DNA of 64,000 nucleotides from Cenarchaeum sp. (GTDB lineage Archaea; Thermoproteota; Nitrososphaeria; Nitrososphaerales; Nitrosopumilaceae): NCBI GenBank assembly GCA_963693095.2, contig OY843768.1, positions 1,824,001 to 1,888,000 of the forward strand, read 5' to 3'. Shown piece by piece: positions 60,651 to 64,000 of this stretch (position 1 is its first letter; each line of letters starts with the position of its first letter). The notes under the pieces were generated by a model. It saw only the letters and a program-made list of their open reading frames with translations, ran no database searches and was not told where the DNA came from. The position numbers and the translations under genes were made by a program.

Positions 60651-62183
60651 CTATATCCTTCTTTTTATCTTGATCCTAGAGCGGCGTATGCCGCGCGGAA
60701 GGCTGCGCACGAGCCTTGCAATGCGCGCATCAGTTGCGTCATAGAGGACCGTCGTGATAGAGTTGCCCTCGATGACCTTTGCGAGCGACTCGGCGGCCTG
60801 TGCCGTCACGCCGCCTCCACACGTTGACGCAAGGTGGTGCGCTGCCGGATAAATGTCGCTCAGCTCTAGCGGGATGATCCCGAGATGGTCATTGAGCAGG
60901 CAGATCTGCGTGTCATCACCGAGCGTCTTTTCGAGTCGCAGCAACTCGGGGTCTAGGTAGGCCGGACGCGCAGACGGCTCGCCGAGTATGCAGAGGCGCG
61001 ACTTGCGTGTCTTGAACCTGCGGACCATTGCGTGATATGCGCGAACCTCAGGTCGTGCGGCGTCTTCGGGCCCAAAGAGGAACGCGGCCCTTGACTTGAA
61101 GCGCGGCGTGCCGTATGCCATGCGGTCGGCGTTTGCGATGAGCGTCGAGAGCGTGTCATAGAGTCGCGGGTGCGCGCGCAGCTTTTGAAACATGTGCTCC
61201 CAGAGCCTGCCGCCGGCTATGGACTCGCGCACGGCATCGACCTCGGACTTTATCGCATACAGGTTGTGCAGCGAGAGGAGCGCGCGCAGCGACTCGGCCG
61301 GCTCGGCGCGCAGCTCTGAGGGCGTGTGCGACGAGCAGACCTCGCACGCGCACGCGAGGTGGTCCATCGAGTCTAGCCTGCGCGTGCCGTCTGGCGTGAT
61401 GTATCGCCCATGCTTTGCGTATAGCGCATAAGACGCCGAGTCAAACGTGTCGCAGCCGAGCGCGACGGAGAAGGGTATCGTGAGGGGGTGGCCAGAGCCA
61501 AAGAGGTGGAGGGGGAGCGAGGGCGGTATGGCGTCACGCGCGGCGACGATCATCTCGGCTAGGCGCGCATACTCGTACTGTTCCATAAACTCCACAGGGC
61601 TGCCAAGGGCCATAAACTCGTATCCCATCGAGACTAGCTCGCGCGCCGAGCGCCTGACTAGGTCAAGGTGCTCGCTGCCCTGTATCGTGCCTGTCCATAC
61701 CTGGCCGGCGACGTCGGCGGCCTCTAGGGCCTGGCGTGCGGCCGCAAGCGTGTCCCTCACGTATGCGTGCGCCGCCCTTCTCGGGAGGCCCAGGCCCGTG
61801 GGCCGGTCAAGGGGGACCGCAATGTCTGAGCGTATGGCGCGCTCATAGCCGGCCATCATCTCGGGCACGACGTCTAGTGCGCCATACTCGAGGACCTGGT
61901 ATCCGCCCGAGTCCGTCATTATCGCGCCGTCGTAGCCGATGATGTCATGTATGCCGCGCCGCTCGGCCTCCTCGCCGTGGTTTCTCATCGTAATGTACGC
62001 GTTTGTTATGACCATCTCAAAGCCCATGCTCTTTAGCTTTGAGGGCGCAATGGCCTGCTTTACGGGGTGGACGACTGGAACGTACGCCGGCGTCATCACG
62101 TCCCCGTGGTTTGTGCGAATCTTTCCAATTCGGGCGCCTAGGTCAGTCTTTAGGACCTCAAAGACTCCGGCTGCGCGGCTCAA
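60651..62183 (-). CDS. tgtA: Archaeosine tRNA-guanine transglycosylase (G15)
   Basis: TPAYVPV, MTDSGGYQ, HLFG, GCDTFDSASY, CACEVC...H zinc site. Confidence 0.95.
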   Translation of the reverse strand: MSRAAGVFEVLKTDLGARIGKIRTNHGDVMTPAYVPVVHPVKQAIAPSKLKSMGFEMVITNAYITMRNHGEEAERRGIHDIIGYDGAIMTDSGGYQVLEYGALDVVPEMMAGYERAIRSDIAVPLDRPTGLGLPRRAAHAYVRDTLAAARQALEAADVAGQVWTGTIQGSEHLDLVRRSARELVSMGYEFMALGSPVEFMEQYEYARLAEMIVAARDAIPPSLPLHLFGSGHPLTIPFSVALGCDTFDSASYALYAKHGRYITPDGTRRLDSMDHLACACEVCSSHTPSELRAEPAESLRALLSLHNLYAIKSEVDAVRESIAGGRLWEHMFQKLRAHPRLYDTLSTLIANADRMAYGTPRFKSRAAFLFGPEDAARPEVRAYHAMVRRFKTRKSRLCILGEPSARPAYLDPELLRLEKTLGDDTQICLLNDHLGIIPLELSDIYPAAHHLASTCGGGVTAQAAESLAKVIEGNSITTVLYDATDARIARLVRSLPRGIRRSRIKIKRRI

Positions 62184-62722
62184 TACTCAAAGAACCTCCG
62201 CGTGTCCCCGCACCGGCCAATCTCCTCTAGCCAGTCGACCTCGTCGCCGGGATATGTCCCGTCTAGTGCGCCGCGCGCGAGGCGTGCGACCTCTGCGGGG
62301 TTCCTCTTTGTGCTGTCGACCTGCTTTACTGCGCCCTGCCCAAATGCGGCGAGCGTGTCAGAGGCCACAACGCCGAGGGCCTCGGCGCCAAGGTTCTCCA
62401 GGGACTTGCTGCGATCGTATGCGCGCTCTGCATAGACGCGCTCTAGCTCGTACGGGCTGCGGCGCAGGACCACGGCAGCAGCGACTCTTGATGCGCTCAG
62501 CGCGTACGGTGCCAGGTGGCCGACGACGAGCGTGCCCTCGGCGGCCTCGGCGTCAAGTTTCTCGCGCAGCCTCCCTGCATCGACCTCGCCGCCCTCGCCG
62601 ATGAGGCCGGCCCGTTTTGCGACACCATTGGCGTCGATGACGTCGAGTCCGGCCCCCTCGCCGAGGATGGCAGCAACGGTGTGCTTGCCCACCCCAGGGC
62701 TGCCCGTGACCACAAGTGACAT
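62180..62722 (-). CDS. Archaeal AK6-type nucleotide (adenylate) kinase
   Basis: VTGSPGVGKHT, VVGH, VVLR, R.Y...K..EN..AE. Confidence 0.88.
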   Translation of the reverse strand: MSLVVTGSPGVGKHTVAAILGEGAGLDVIDANGVAKRAGLIGEGGEVDAGRLREKLDAEAAEGTLVVGHLAPYALSASRVAAAVVLRRSPYELERVYAERAYDRSKSLENLGAEALGVVASDTLAAFGQGAVKQVDSTKRNPAEVARLARGALDGTYPGDEVDWLEEIGRCGDTRRFFEY

Positions 62723-62845
62723 GCCGGCGCCCCAGCACACGCCGCATTAAACAATTTGCTCCTGTGCGCGCGCCGCACGCGAGGGGCCGGCACGGCGCAG
62801 GAGATGATGCAATACTAATATTCAAGCGCGCACACGCCGTGAGCC

Positions 62846-64000
62846 ATGCAGATCGGCCTCCTCGGAAAGGCCAATGTCGGCAAGTCGACCTTTTTCTCGG
62901 CGGCGACGGCGACTCCGGTCCAGACGGGCAACTTTCCGTTCACGACCATCGACCCCAACGTGGGCGTGGCGCACGTCAGGGCACCTTGCGCGTGCGGCCC
63001 GCTAGGCGTCTCCCACGACATGCCCGAGTGCGACAACGGGACGCGCCTCATACCCATAAAGCTCATCGACGTCGCCGGCCTCGTGCCGGGTGCGCACGAG
63101 GGCCGTGGACTAGGCAACAAGTTCCTCGATGAGGCGCGCCAGGCCGATGCGCTCATTCACGTTATCGACATCGCCGGCTCGACAGACCTGCAGGGCCAGC
63201 CCGTGAGCGCCGGCACGCACGATCCGGCCGAGGACGCGAGGTTTGTAGTCGAAGAGTTTGACCTCTGGTTTGGCGGCATACTGTTGCGCGAGTGGCCAAA
63301 GCTGTCAAAAGAGATAGAGCAGAGGCGCTCAAACCTGGCCGCTGCCGTCGCGCAGAGGCTCAGCGGCCTTGGCATAGGCGAGGCCCACGTGTCCGCGGCC
63401 CTCCAGTCCATCGAGCTGCACACAAAAAAGCCCGCCGAGTGGACTGATGATGACGTGGCAAGCCTTGCGCGCGCGCTGCGCGAGGCCTCTAGGCCCATGG
63501 TCATCGCGGCAAACAAGGCCGACCTCCTAGACGGCGAGATTCCCTCCGAGCTTGTTGGCCAAAAGGCGATCCCCTGCAGCTCTGAATCCGAGCTATTGCT
63601 GTGCCGTGCGGCGGCAGCCGGCACAATAGGATACTCGCCGGGCAACGTCTCCTTTGAGGTGACCGGAGACGCGACACCGCAGCAGCGGGCCGCACTCGAC
63701 ACCGTCGCCGGCGTGCTAGAAAAGCTCGGCGGCACGGGCGTTCAGGCGGCCCTTGACAGGGCAGTCTTTGGCGCGCTGGGCATGATAGTGGCGTATCCGG
63801 TCGAGGACGAGGGTCGCATGTGCGACAAGGACGGCCGCGTCCTGCCAAACGCGCTCCTCCTGGAGCGCGGCGCCACGGCACTCGACCTCGCAAGAAAGGT
63901 CCATGCCGATATCGCCGACGGGTTTCTCCACGGTATAGACTGCAAAACGGGCAGGCGCATAGGGGCCGACCACGTCCTCGCCGACGGTGATGTCATCAAG
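62846..64000 (+). CDS. ychF: YchF/Obg-family translation-associated NTPase, 3'-partial (absent from the ORF track because it runs off the window)
   Basis: [58 protein letters not shown]-terminal TGS-like region. Confidence 0.92.
   Translation, partial: MQIGLLGKANVGKSTFFSAATATPVQTGNFPFTTIDPNVGVAHVRAPCACGPLGVSHDMPECDNGTRLIPIKLIDVAGLVPGAHEGRGLGNKFLDEARQADALIHVIDIAGSTDLQGQPVSAGTHDPAEDARFVVEEFDLWFGGILLREWPKLSKEIEQRRSNLAAAVAQRLSGLGIGEAHVSAALQSIELHTKKPAEWTDDDVASLARALREASRPMVIAANKADLLDGEIPSELVGQKAIPCSSESELLLCRAAAAGTIGYSPGNVSFEVTGDATPQQRAALDTVAGVLEKLGGTGVQAALDRAVFGALGMIVAYPVEDEGRMCDKDGRVLPNALLLERGATALDLARKVHADIADGFLHGIDCKTGRRIGADHVLADGDVIK

Noticed and set aside
63157-63999. Minus-strand ORFs at the window end
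   Set aside because: Antisense to the YchF gene that runs off the window.

Overview
Chromosomal segment of a GC-rich ammonia-oxidising-type archaeon (Nitrososphaerota/Nitrosopumilaceae-like; inferred from the cox and pet clusters with cupredoxins, PEFG-/CFI-CTERM proteins, archaeosine TGT and TATA promoters). The left half (about 2.2-31.7 kb) is an accessory island abutting the 3' end of tRNA-Lys(CTT). It holds (i) an AT-rich type I restriction-modification locus with two convergent hsdS genes that share 102-bp and 30-34-bp inverted repeats around a tyrosine recombinase, a candidate archaeal invertible hsdS 'shufflon'; the second hsdS has a tandemly duplicated TRD, one copy interrupted by an intact IS630; and (ii) a tandem array of eight intact plus one decayed mosaic TPR paralogues, each copied with its own TATA promoter, surrounding a HerA/VirD4-like ATPase with a wHTH/nuclease-like tail. 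The right half is mostly core genome (heme-copper oxidase, Rieske/cytochrome b, copper proteins, S8 protease, OGG, beta-CASP RNase, ferredoxin, tgtA, kinase, YchF, tRNA-Arg), with small insertions including a TPR/HARE-HTH nuclease/TPR unit splitting the complex III cluster. All calls are from motif reading by eye; no database searches were run.
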